The position numbers were made by a program, and so were the translations under genes. This document shows positions 54,059 to 63,387 of a stretch of 64,000 nt of DNA, one piece after another. Location: positions 1 to 64,000 of the IMG/VR virus record IMGVR_UViG_3300018026_000007. One strand, given 5' to 3'. The notes beneath the pieces are model-generated. The model saw nothing but the letters and a program-made list of their open reading frames with translations. It was not told the origin of the DNA and made no database searches. Every line of letters begins with the position of its first letter. The first letter of the stretch is position 1. The stretch comes from a virus.

Positions 54059-56329
54059 GTGGCCTATCAAGTTCTTTATGCCGACTACGAAACCTTCTCC
54101 CTCATTGACCTGAAGGAAGTTGGTCTCGATAACTACGCCAAGCATCCGTCTACTGGGATATCGATGCTGGCGTGGGCTCTGGACGACGAAGAGATTGAAG
54201 TGTGGCTGCCGCACCAGGGCCCCATGCCTGAGAAGTTGTTCAACGCGCTGTACGATCACAAAATCATCAAAGTGGCGTGGCATGCTGCGTTTGAACGCGC
54301 GATCACGAAATATGTTCTCCCCCGATACGTCGGGGATTGGCCTGCCCCGCCGATATCGGAATTCCGCGACCCCATTGTCTTGGCACATGCGCTCTCTCTC
54401 CCAGGGCATCTGAAAGACGTAGCTGAAATTCTTCGGATGAAAAATCAGAAAGACCCGCGCGGCGAAGAATTGGTTCATATGTTTTGCAACCCCGTTAGCC
54501 AGGGTGGGGAGATGACGCTGTTCGGTATTGCGCCACCACTCTTTCGCACCCATGAGAGCCATCCACGCGAGTTTGCAGAATACATCGAGTACTGCAGACA
54601 GGATGTGCGCGCCGAGCGAGACTTGTGGCATCGATTGCGCAAGATCGCACTCCCCGAACGCGAGTGGCGGGGATGGCTGTTAGACCAAAAAATCAATATC
54701 TTCGGCATCCCTATACGCCGCGACCTTGCCGAGAAAGGGCTGCGGCTGGCTCTGCGCTTCATTAAGGATCAGCGGGACCTGCTGAAAGAGGCGACGGGGC
54801 TGGAGAATCCCAACTCTGACGTGCAAATGAAAGAGTGGGTCGCCGCGCGCGGGTACAAATGGAACTCGCTGCGGGCCCCGACCGTCAAAGCAGAAATCGA
54901 TAATCCCGCGTCCCCCATTACCCCAGAGTGCCGTGCGGCATTAAAGTTGCGTTCTTCTGCCCGTAAGTCATCATACACAAAGATTGAAAAGCTCCTGGCA
55001 TTACTCTCGGCGGATGACCGTCTGCGCTACCAGTTCCGCTATATGGGCGCGCCCCGCACGGGGCGCTGGGCGAGTGGCGGCGGGGAAGACACATCGATGC
55101 AGGTTCAGAATCTCCCTCGGGGCGAGAAAGCGGTCAAGAAAAAATTAGCCCTGGCACTCGATCTTCTGGACCGCGAAGACTACGATGGGATTATCCGAGA
55201 ATTTACGAACACTCCGAATCCCAAAGACTCAATCACGGTCGTCGAATTCGTTATTACGCTGTTGCGGTCGCTCTTCCAAGCGACGCCTGGGAAAGTCTTT
55301 CACGTCGCCGACAAGAACGCCATTGAAAATCGCGTCCTGGGGTGGGCATCTGGCTGCCAGAAAATCCTTGATGTTTTCAGGCAAGGTCGCTGCCCCTATA
55401 TGTCATTTGGGGTTGAACTGTACGGGATTCCGTACGAAGAGTGGATCAAAATCGACGAGCACGGCAATCACAAACCGAAAAATGCCGAATTTGAAGAGCG
55501 ACGCCAAAACTCAAAGCCGCCTGTGCTCGGCGGCGGGTATGGTCTGGGCGGCGGCGAGATGTATTTCAATGAATACGGCGACGAAGTGCGCGGCGGGCTA
55601 TGGGGTTATGCTTTGTCCGTCTGCGGCGTTGACATGCCCAAAGAATTGGCTCATAAAGCCGTGAAGATTTTGCGCGACGCCTGGCCAGAAGTCGTCCAGT
55701 TCTGGACGGACTTGGAAGAAGCCTTCAAGCAGGTTTTCAAGCATGGCGGCGTCATCAAAGTCGGTGAAGTGACCTGGGACAAAAAGGCAAAGGAATGGGT
55801 TGAGCATCCGACCAAAGGCAAGCAATGTGTCATTACGTTTCGGCGTAAAAAAATGGAAGATGGCGGCTACATGATTCAGATGGTGCTGCCATCGGGACGC
55901 GCGCTCCACTATCTCAATGTCTCGCTCGAAGAAGAAAAGCGCACCAGCCAGAAGACGGGCCAGCCGTACACGGCGTACACGATCTATTACGACGGCATCG
56001 AGCACAGTGCGATACAGGGTGCAGACGGCAAGAACATTAAGAAACGGCACAAGTGGGGGCGGGTCAAGACGTACGGCGGGAAGCTCTGCGAGAACGCGGT
56101 GCAGGCAATCTCGCGCGACGATCTCCTGAACAGCATGTTCCTGGCCGACGAGATGGGCTTTAATATCTGGGGATTGTTCCACGACGAAATCGCGACGGAA
56201 GATAACGACGACCCCTTCGGGCTGCGGCTCGATGACTTGATCTGGTGCATGACGCAGGTGCCTGACTGGGCCCCTGGTTTGATTTTAGGCGCGGAAGGGT
56301 ACACCAGCCAGGTTTACAAGAAAGGCTAA
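54059..56329 (+). CDS. polA: Family A DNA polymerase
   Basis: Exo DYET, TGRWAS, motif A ADKNAIENR, motif B RQNSKPPVLGGGYG, motif C HDE. Confidence 0.92.
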   Translation: MAYQVLYADYETFSLIDLKEVGLDNYAKHPSTGISMLAWALDDEEIEVWLPHQGPMPEKLFNALYDHKIIKVAWHAAFERAITKYVLPRYVGDWPAPPISEFRDPIVLAHALSLPGHLKDVAEILRMKNQKDPRGEELVHMFCNPVSQGGEMTLFGIAPPLFRTHESHPREFAEYIEYCRQDVRAERDLWHRLRKIALPEREWRGWLLDQKINIFGIPIRRDLAEKGLRLALRFIKDQRDLLKEATGLENPNSDVQMKEWVAARGYKWNSLRAPTVKAEIDNPASPITPECRAALKLRSSARKSSYTKIEKLLALLSADDRLRYQFRYMGAPRTGRWASGGGEDTSMQVQNLPRGEKAVKKKLALALDLLDREDYDGIIREFTNTPNPKDSITVVEFVITLLRSLFQATPGKVFHVADKNAIENRVLGWASGCQKILDVFRQGRCPYMSFGVELYGIPYEEWIKIDEHGNHKPKNAEFEERRQNSKPPVLGGGYGLGGGEMYFNEYGDEVRGGLWGYALSVCGVDMPKELAHKAVKILRDAWPEVVQFWTDLEEAFKQVFKHGGVIKVGEVTWDKKAKEWVEHPTKGKQCVITFRRKKMEDGGYMIQMVLPSGRALHYLNVSLEEEKRTSQKTGQPYTAYTIYYDGIEHSAIQGADGKNIKKRHKWGRVKTYGGKLCENAVQAISRDDLLNSMFLADEMGFNIWGLFHDEIATEDNDDPFGLRLDDLIWCMTQVPDWAPGLILGAEGYTSQVYKKG

Positions 56330-56333
56330 ACCA

Positions 56334-56543
56334 ATGAATTGGGATGCGTACGAAAAGAAAGTGGTAAAGCAAATCGACGGACATTGGTGCAATGACTGGG
56401 ATGGACTGGCAGTTAGTGCTTGGACCTACGAGTATGATTGCTGCGCCGATTTCAAAAAGACTCTGTTGGGGAGAGTAATCAATCAATTCGTGATGTGGCG
56501 CTTTTCCTTCGGCTGGTGGTGGTATATCGGACGGCGGCAATAA
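56334..56543 (+). CDS. Hypothetical protein
   Basis: HWC.DWDGL...E..CC motif. Confidence 0.55.
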   Translation: MNWDAYEKKVVKQIDGHWCNDWDGLAVSAWTYEYDCCADFKKTLLGRVINQFVMWRFSFGWWWYIGRRQ

Positions 56544-56550
56544 AAAGTTC

Positions 56551-56579
56551 TTGACAATGCAATGGTACTTTTGTACTAT
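56551..56579 (+). promoter_or_regulatory. Promoter with GTAC-TTTT-GTAC operator overlapping the -10
   Basis: TTGACA-N17-TACTAT; operator at 56565-56576. Confidence 0.8.
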
Positions 56580-56585
56580 AGGTGA

Positions 56586-57818
56586 GTGAGCAGTACCGAC
56601 TCATTTCTTGACATGGCCCGAAAAGAGGTAGTCGCTGCGGGCGGCGAGTGGGATGGTTTGCAAATTCCATTCGGGGAATCTGATCCTACTCCCGCCACGA
56701 TTCATTTTTATCATCGCCCGACAAGTCGGCACTTAACGGTATCTGCGAATTTATTGATTGATACCCGAGACTGGGTTGCACAACAAATTCAAGAAGCGAT
56801 TACAGGGAAAAAGGTTCCTAATAGGAGAAGTTCTATGACACTGCGCGAGAAGCTGATTCAGGTTTACGAAGAGATTGACCACATTGAAAAGCTGGGGACG
56901 AATAGCAAGCAAAATTACTCGTACGTGCGCGCCGCCGACATGGTTCGCGCCGTGCGCAAGACCCTTCTGAAGCTCAAGGTCTATGCCGAAATCAACATGG
57001 TCAATGAGCGGCAGTATACCATCGCCCGAGCGAAAGATGTGAATGCCCCTTTCAACGCCGTCGATGTACGTTGCACTATCGTGTTTCATGACGCCGAGTC
57101 GGAAGAGATGCTGACTTCTAGCGGTCTCGGGACTGGCGCGGATACGGGCGACAAAGCCATCTACAAGGCCCAGACGGGCGCAATCAAGTACGCGCTACGA
57201 AATAGCTTCCTAGTGCCCGATGAAGCGGACCCAGAAGCCGATCCAGTTGTGGATGGCGCGCCAGAGCCCGAAGGCTACTCTCCAGCCGAGCCCCCTGACT
57301 TCCAGGATGCCCGCCACGCGGCTCCGCGCGCTCCAGCCGCCGCTGCCGCCCCAGCGCAGCGGGTTTTGGAGACGACCGATGTCCCTTTAGGGCCCGCCCA
57401 GCCCGAGAATGCTCCTGCCTCGGCTGGGCCCAGCCAGCCTGTCCCCTCCACGGGGACTCAACAATCATCTGGTGCGGCACCTGCGGCTGCCCCGTCGCAG
57501 ATGAAGAATGCACAGGCTGCGGCTGACGACACACTGCCGACCGAAGAAGAACTGACGCAGTATCGCAAGGCGTTCAGCACCCTGGGCGACGACTTGACGG
57601 CCAAGGGGAAACTGAAGTCCAGCAAGGGGCTGCCCGTCAATCGCAAACTGCTGGCATTCTTGCTGTTCATCACTGGCGCGGCGGAAGCCAAGAGCATCAC
57701 GAAGGCGCAATGGGATGATTTCTTCCAGCGCGTGGATCACGTCAAGGGCTTGGAAGACGGTTTGGTTGGTCTCGCCAAGCTGGTGAACAAGGCCAACGGA
57801 GTTGAAGAGAAGAAGTAA
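56586..57818 (+). CDS. ERF-family single-strand annealing protein (second start at 56835)
   Basis: YSYVRAAD, G.GADTGDKAIYKAQTGAIKYAL; AGGAG RBS before 56835. Confidence 0.85.
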   Translation: MSSTDSFLDMARKEVVAAGGEWDGLQIPFGESDPTPATIHFYHRPTSRHLTVSANLLIDTRDWVAQQIQEAITGKKVPNRRSSMTLREKLIQVYEEIDHIEKLGTNSKQNYSYVRAADMVRAVRKTLLKLKVYAEINMVNERQYTIARAKDVNAPFNAVDVRCTIVFHDAESEEMLTSSGLGTGADTGDKAIYKAQTGAIKYALRNSFLVPDEADPEADPVVDGAPEPEGYSPAEPPDFQDARHAAPRAPAAAAAPAQRVLETTDVPLGPAQPENAPASAGPSQPVPSTGTQQSSGAAPAAAPSQMKNAQAAADDTLPTEEELTQYRKAFSTLGDDLTAKGKLKSSKGLPVNRKLLAFLLFITGAAEAKSITKAQWDDFFQRVDHVKGLEDGLVGLAKLVNKANGVEEKK

Positions 57819-57860
57819 CGTCACGGCTCGCAAGAGCAAACTCAAAAAGGAAGGTGTAGC

Positions 57861-58307
57861 ATGGCAATGTCAGTGAACAAGGCAATCGTAATCGGTCGGC
57901 TCGGGAAAGACCCCGAAGTCCGTTTTACAGGAAGCGGCGCGGCGGTGGCGAGTTTCAGTCTCGCAACCGACGAGTCGTACAAGAACAAGGACGGCGAAAA
58001 GGTTCAGAAGACAGAGTGGCACAATCTTGTTGTCTGGGGAAACTCCGTCGAAGCGTTCGTTCAGAAATATCTCCACAAGGGCGACCTGATCTACGCCGAA
58101 GGCAAACTGCAGACCCGATCCTGGGATGACAAAGACGGCAACAAGCGATACACGACCGAAATCAATGTGACCGACATCAAAAAGCTGTCCGATGCGAGCG
58201 GCGAGAAGCAAAACCCCGCGCAGAATCGCCAGGCCAGCAAGCCAGCGGCTCGACCCGCGTCGCGCCCCACAGCCCAGCCCGTTGACGACGACGATATCCC
58301 GTTCTAG
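57861..58307 (+). CDS. ssb: Single-stranded DNA-binding protein
   Basis: SVNKAIVIGRLGKDPE, TEWHN, DDDIPF tail. Confidence 0.96.
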   Translation: MAMSVNKAIVIGRLGKDPEVRFTGSGAAVASFSLATDESYKNKDGEKVQKTEWHNLVVWGNSVEAFVQKYLHKGDLIYAEGKLQTRSWDDKDGNKRYTTEINVTDIKKLSDASGEKQNPAQNRQASKPAARPASRPTAQPVDDDDIPF

Positions 58308-58313
58308 CGAGAT

Positions 58314-58408
58314 TGAAGCAGCCCTAGTGACCAAGCGGAGCTATAGGGAAGCAACCTGACACGGGGCTCGTACGGCTGACCACAGAGATGCCTACCGTGG
58401 CTGCTTCA
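58314..58408 (+). ncRNA. Structured intergenic RNA candidate
   Basis: 10-bp closing helix TGAAGCAGCC/GGCTGCTTCA with internal hairpins. Confidence 0.4.
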
Positions 58409-58409
58409 T

Positions 58410-58462
58410 GGGGCGGTGTAAAGGGCCGACCTGATAAATCGGACTCCAGCACCGCCTCTCCA
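58410..58462 (+). ncRNA. Armless mini-tRNA-like element with Ile(GAT)-type loop and CCA
   Basis: GGGGCGGTG/CACCGCCTC stem plus TCCA; inner CCGAC-CTGATAA-ATCGG. Confidence 0.5.
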
Positions 58463-58478
58463 ATTTCTGAGGTGATTC

Positions 58479-58649
58479 ATGCTTCGTGATATTTTGCGGC
58501 TTGTCTGGGCTGGTCTCTGGCAAGGCTTCGGGGTAGAGTTGTCTTTCTTTGTGCTCTGGGTTGGCTGGCACTTCCTTCACGGGAAGGTGGCACACAAGCT
58601 CGACCCAGAGCACTGGTTTCACCGCATTCATGACTACTTCGCGAATTGA
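58479..58649 (+). CDS. 56-aa Trp/His-rich membrane peptide (not in ORF track)
   Basis: GAGGTG RBS; MLRDILRLVWAGLWQGFGVELSFFVLWVGWHFLHGKVAHKLDPEHWFHRIHDYFAN. Confidence 0.6.
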   Translation: MLRDILRLVWAGLWQGFGVELSFFVLWVGWHFLHGKVAHKLDPEHWFHRIHDYFAN

Positions 58650-58655
58650 GGCCCC

Positions 58656-60236
58656 ATGCTGGAGTTGAATCCAGATCAACAGCGGGTTGTTACGGACTAC
58701 CGAGGCGCGCGGTCGGTGATCGCGTGTCCTGGCTCGGGTAAAACAGCCACCATGACCGCTTTAATTAACAAGTTGATCGATTCTGGTGTCTCCCCATCTG
58801 AAATCCGCGCAGTGACGTTTTCGAAAGAGATGTCATCTGCCCTAGAGAAACGGGCAGGTGTGAAGGGCGTCGTATCCACCTTCCATAGCCTGGGCTATCT
58901 GATTTGTTCCGAGACTGAACGCAAACCCGTCGATCCCGAGTTACGGCACCGACTGATGTGCAAGCTCGTGCGCAAGTATCATCTGGATTACAAGGAACTG
59001 GATGGCTTCATCGCACGCATGCGGCGCAACAACATTTCGCCAGACGAAGCCGTGAACGGCATGAACGATTTTGATTACGGCATGGCGCGAGGGTACGCGG
59101 AATACGAGCAGACCCGCGCAACCGAAGGCTGGATGGACTTCGATTCCATGTTGGCCGATTCTGTGCAATCACTAGAAAATGCACAAACTCGTGCAAGGTG
59201 GTCTCCGAAGTATTTGATTGTCGATGAAGCCCAAGACACGGACGACCTGCAGTGGCGCATGATGCAACTGATGGCCGAGAAGCATGGAAACATTACAGTA
59301 GTCGGGGACCCAGGACAGGCGATTTACAGTTTTCGTGGCGCGAAGCCTGACAACATCACGAACTTTCAGCAGTGGTTTCCGCAAGGTAAATACTATTACT
59401 TGGGGCGCAATTACCGCAGCACACAAACGATAGTACAGTTCATCCGAGAGAACGCGCCGCCTGGTACCCCGAAAGAGTTGCTAGATCGAATGGTGGCCGC
59501 CCGCAAAGATGTAGGCACGCCTATTGGCTTGCGGATGTACTGGACAGACGATGCCGAAGCTGAGTCCGCGTTGAAACTTTCGCAGCGGGACCCACTTAAC
59601 AGCATCATTCTTGCCCGCACGAACCGCATGGTTGGATTGCTGGAGCGGCTGTGCGCGCGGTATAATCTTCGATATCATTTGCTGGGCAAGTCGGGATTCT
59701 GGAAACAGAACGAAATCCGCAAAGCCATCGAAGCCCTGAAACAGTATCCCTTGATTTCGACCGAAGCTGGATTGAATTTAACCATACCAGGAGTCGAAAA
59801 ACACTACGCTGTTGAAGATCGTACGGAGCGCGACAACGACGCCCTGGAAAACCTGAAGACACTGCAATTGATCGGAAAAGATTTTCGGATGGCGAAGGAT
59901 TTTGTCGTCTACGCGAACAAGATGATGCATCGACGCAACGACCCGCGCGGCGTGTCAATCTCCACGGTTCACCAGGCGAAGGGCGGTGAGTGGAAGAATG
60001 TTTACATCATCGGTGCGAACGCCAAGGGCTTCCCGCACGCTAAGGGCGATCCGATGGAAGAGCGAAGAATTTGGTTCGTGGCAATCAGTCGGCCAATCGA
60101 CATGCTGCGCATTTCGTTCGCAGGAACACCGTCGCCGTACCTACGGCGATATCTAAACGACGAAATTTTGGACAAGTTGCGCGAGAAGGCAACAGAAGTT
60201 GACCACCTACAGGAACAGGCGAACCTTTTTTCTTGA
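58656..60236 (+). CDS. UvrD/Rep SF1 helicase
   Basis: PGSGKT, TFHSL, VDEAQD, VGDPGQAIYSFRGA, NYRS, TVHQAKGGEW. Confidence 0.93.
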   Translation: MLELNPDQQRVVTDYRGARSVIACPGSGKTATMTALINKLIDSGVSPSEIRAVTFSKEMSSALEKRAGVKGVVSTFHSLGYLICSETERKPVDPELRHRLMCKLVRKYHLDYKELDGFIARMRRNNISPDEAVNGMNDFDYGMARGYAEYEQTRATEGWMDFDSMLADSVQSLENAQTRARWSPKYLIVDEAQDTDDLQWRMMQLMAEKHGNITVVGDPGQAIYSFRGAKPDNITNFQQWFPQGKYYYLGRNYRSTQTIVQFIRENAPPGTPKELLDRMVAARKDVGTPIGLRMYWTDDAEAESALKLSQRDPLNSIILARTNRMVGLLERLCARYNLRYHLLGKSGFWKQNEIRKAIEALKQYPLISTEAGLNLTIPGVEKHYAVEDRTERDNDALENLKTLQLIGKDFRMAKDFVVYANKMMHRRNDPRGVSISTVHQAKGGEWKNVYIIGANAKGFPHAKGDPMEERRIWFVAISRPIDMLRISFAGTPSPYLRRYLNDEILDKLREKATEVDHLQEQANLFS

Positions 60237-60260
60237 CATTCTCCAGTACTTTAGTACTAT
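60233..60260 (+). promoter_or_regulatory. Promoter with GTAC-TTTA-GTAC operator overlapping the -10
   Basis: TTGACA-N16-TACTAT; operator at 60246-60257. Confidence 0.75.
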
Positions 60261-60305
60261 TGACGCCAGAGAACAGAAGAAGTAAGATGGGCGTGGCTAA
60301 AGAGC

Positions 60306-61445
60306 ATGAGCAGCATGAAACCGCACTTGTACATCAACAGTAAGGGGTACTTCGTCACCCGCCATAGTTATAGCGGGTCCGACTCGTTCACCTACTGCGC
60401 CCGCAAGTACTATCTGGAGCGCGTGCAGGGTTGGACCGAAAAAATCCAACGGTCGTCTACACACTTCGGCACCGCGCTGGAGAAGGCCATCACATTCTGG
60501 CACCAGCACCGCCAGGACACGGCGGCGGCTGTCGCGGAATTTGTGCGGCTCTGGGCCGCGCACAACGACAAGCCGTACACGTATTCCAAGACGGACAAGG
60601 ACTGGAACAACCTGAATCTGAACGGCCAGGACCTGGTGCGTCTCTACGCTATCCGCTATCCGACGTTTCCATACGTCGTGAACAATCCCATGGACTTTCA
60701 GGTCGAGACCAACTTTGAGGTGTTTCCAGACACGAAGTTGGCTGGGATTGAATTCACATCCTACATTGATGTGGTGGTGACTGACAAAGCCACGGGCGAG
60801 CCTGAGATTGTTGATATGAAGACATCGGGCGACGATGTGCCTGAATTTACGGTGCTGGACCCACAGCTTCGCAGCTATGCGTGGGTGAAATGGCGTCCCG
60901 AAGACACCAGCAAGCTCGTCGCGTTCTTGTGGTTCCGCAAGATGGGGCGGTCTATTTCTCGGGGCGACACGGTTACATTCCTGGAGCCCTACGCCGACCT
61001 GCAGCCTGGTGATAACGCCATCGTGTTGGCGAAGGATGAATTCGGCATCTGGGTTACACAGAACCAGCGTGTCGTTGATGAAATGGACGCGCAATTCGTC
61101 GGCGAGAGCAAGGCGGTAAAGGCGGCGCGCCAGCAATACATCGAGGCAAACGCCAAGCATGCGCCCGAGCGGGTCATCACCAAGCAGCGTGTACAATTCA
61201 AATCGGCGGTCATCACAAAAGAAAGCGCGGAAGATATCGGACGCAAGATCAAGCGCGACATCGTGAACATCGTGCGGGCAAACGAGAACGAAGACTGGGC
61301 CATGAATTCTGGGGTCCGATTTCCGAATGAGCGGTGCCCGAACTGCCCGATGCGGGGCATCTGCGCTAATCGTCCCGAGTTGCGGGACATGCTTCTGGTT
61401 CGCAAGCAAGAAGATGAGCTTGACTTCGGTAAAGAATCGGAGTAG
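60306..61445 (+). CDS. PD-(D/E)XK exonuclease, Cas4/AddB-like
   Basis: SYS...CARKY, IDVV...VDMKT, QLRSY, CPNCPMRGIC Fe-S motif. Confidence 0.85.
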   Translation: MSSMKPHLYINSKGYFVTRHSYSGSDSFTYCARKYYLERVQGWTEKIQRSSTHFGTALEKAITFWHQHRQDTAAAVAEFVRLWAAHNDKPYTYSKTDKDWNNLNLNGQDLVRLYAIRYPTFPYVVNNPMDFQVETNFEVFPDTKLAGIEFTSYIDVVVTDKATGEPEIVDMKTSGDDVPEFTVLDPQLRSYAWVKWRPEDTSKLVAFLWFRKMGRSISRGDTVTFLEPYADLQPGDNAIVLAKDEFGIWVTQNQRVVDEMDAQFVGESKAVKAARQQYIEANAKHAPERVITKQRVQFKSAVITKESAEDIGRKIKRDIVNIVRANENEDWAMNSGVRFPNERCPNCPMRGICANRPELRDMLLVRKQEDELDFGKESE

Positions 61446-61456
61446 TCTACACTCTC

Positions 61457-63289
61457 ATGCTCGAAAATATCCCTGCGATACTCAAGCAGTATCCGAATTG
61501 GGTCGTCTGGAAGTCTGTCGTCCGCGATGGTAAGGCGACCAAAATTCCCTTCGATGCCAAGACTGGCAGCATGGCGAAATCCAATGACGCCATGACCTGG
61601 GCAACATTCGAACAAGCCATCAAAACTGGGGACGTGCTGGAAGGCTCCGACTACAACGGTGTGGGATTCGAACTGCATGGAACTTCGATAGTTGGGATCG
61701 ATTTCGACAACGCCATCAATCATAAAGGTGTCATTGATCCATACGTGTTGGAGATTCTGAGCTTATTGGGGGACCCATACACAGAAAAATCCCCGAGCGG
61801 GACAGGGCTTCATGCTTTTGTAGATTGCGCCGCGTTGCCCGAGGGCGGCAGAAAATTATCACAGGCGCACAGCGGAATTGAAATATATCACGGTCAAGAG
61901 GGCGGTCGCTATTTCACAATGACTGGGGAAAAGGTGCTCGGCGACGGAATCCCAAAAATCGCGGACATCACACTGCCGTATCTCCTGATAACCCAGAACA
62001 AAGATAAAAAGTTCAAATCCGCATGGCTGGGAGATACATCACTGTTTAACGGCGACGACTCCAGTGCGGATTTCTATCTATTGACTCGGCTTGCCGCGCT
62101 CACACAAAACAACCCGCTGAAAATGGAATCATTCTTTAGTGTGTCCAAGCCAGGGCATCGGGAGAAATGGCACAACCGAAAAGATTATCGTGAGCGATCC
62201 ATCAAAGCGGCTATTGGCACCAATCTTACTGGTAAGCCTGTGTCAGTATCTGCCGCGATTGAATTTCACACCCCTGCGCGCCCTGATCCAGATGGGGAAT
62301 ATGTGATTGCACCTATGGCTGGTCAAGATGATGGATGGTTCCCTCTTGGCGACATCAGTCTGATTGGTGGAGCCAGCGGTACGGGAAAGACAACGTGGAT
62401 TTTTGAAATGCTGCACAAACAGAAGCAAGGCTACCCCATACACGATCACCGCACTCATGGATATTTGTTTCAAGTTCTGGCATACGACCGAGGCAGGAAT
62501 GCGTTCGCCCGCACGATGCGGCGATTGAACCTGCTTCCATCGGATATACCTACGACGCCGCTACCGCTTGCTTTCGGCACCGAGGCAGTGCAAAGCGTCA
62601 TCAATGAAATCGAAAAGATGAATCCAACCCCCAACATCATCTTCATTGAGGGGCTGGATATGCTTCTCGACGACGCCAACAAAAAATCAGTCGTTTCCCC
62701 CTTCATGCGCCAACTACAAGAAACGGCAGCCCACTTCCATATAGCCTTAATTTGTAGCGTCGGGGCTCCTAAGACCAAGCGCGGGGAAGATTACGCAGCC
62801 AAGCGCGACAAACTGTCAGGCAGCGAAGCCTGGGGCCGCAATTGTGAAACCGTCTGCGTTCTGGAATTCGCGGAGGATGATGACGGCACCGCGCCACAGA
62901 GAATTTTGACGATCCTTCCACGAAACGCCCCTGCTGAGAAGTTCACGCTGCAGTTTGAGGGTGGGCGTTTGGTGCCCGTTCAGGCAACAGAAGACCCGAA
63001 ACAGGACCCTGGCGGGCGGCCACCTGAATCACTTCAGAAAGCCATCAATTTCCTTGAGCGCGAGCTTCAAGATGGGCCGCGCCTGGGCAAAGAAATCATC
63101 GTTCTTGCACGGGATTTGGAAAACATCAGTCGTGCGACTCTCTATCGGGCCGCCGAGGTTGCACACGTTCAAAAGGATGTTCGCATAGCGGGAAAATTGT
63201 GTTGGAAACTTACCCCTATGAACGAAACCAACGATCCACAAGAGGACGAAGAGGCGGGGCCGACCAGCACGGAGTTTAAGTATGAGTGA
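61457..63289 (+). CDS. Primase-polymerase/AAA helicase fusion
   Basis: WVVW...KIP, GIDFD, EKSPSGTGLH, RYFTMTG; GASGTGKTT. Confidence 0.85.
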   Translation: MLENIPAILKQYPNWVVWKSVVRDGKATKIPFDAKTGSMAKSNDAMTWATFEQAIKTGDVLEGSDYNGVGFELHGTSIVGIDFDNAINHKGVIDPYVLEILSLLGDPYTEKSPSGTGLHAFVDCAALPEGGRKLSQAHSGIEIYHGQEGGRYFTMTGEKVLGDGIPKIADITLPYLLITQNKDKKFKSAWLGDTSLFNGDDSSADFYLLTRLAALTQNNPLKMESFFSVSKPGHREKWHNRKDYRERSIKAAIGTNLTGKPVSVSAAIEFHTPARPDPDGEYVIAPMAGQDDGWFPLGDISLIGGASGTGKTTWIFEMLHKQKQGYPIHDHRTHGYLFQVLAYDRGRNAFARTMRRLNLLPSDIPTTPLPLAFGTEAVQSVINEIEKMNPTPNIIFIEGLDMLLDDANKKSVVSPFMRQLQETAAHFHIALICSVGAPKTKRGEDYAAKRDKLSGSEAWGRNCETVCVLEFAEDDDGTAPQRILTILPRNAPAEKFTLQFEGGRLVPVQATEDPKQDPGGRPPESLQKAINFLERELQDGPRLGKEIIVLARDLENISRATLYRAAEVAHVQKDVRIAGKLCWKLTPMNETNDPQEDEEAGPTSTEFKYE

Positions 63290-63387
63290 GTGTGAGCGCA
63301 ACCCCCTGCCTTCAGGCATGGGGTCAAGCGAGTAGTTTGCACAAAGAAACCTATTGCAATAGGTAGCGGAGACTGGTATAATGCATC

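Noticed and set aside
52709-56329. Z-genome (2-aminoadenine) pathway
   Set aside because: No PurZ is visible; DUF5664 and MazG alone are insufficient.
58314-58408. Hammerhead ribozyme
   Set aside because: The CUGANGA and GAAA core is not present in the right arrangement.
60306-61445. CRISPR-associated Cas4
   Set aside because: No array or cas1/cas2; it sits in the replication module as a stand-alone phage exonuclease.
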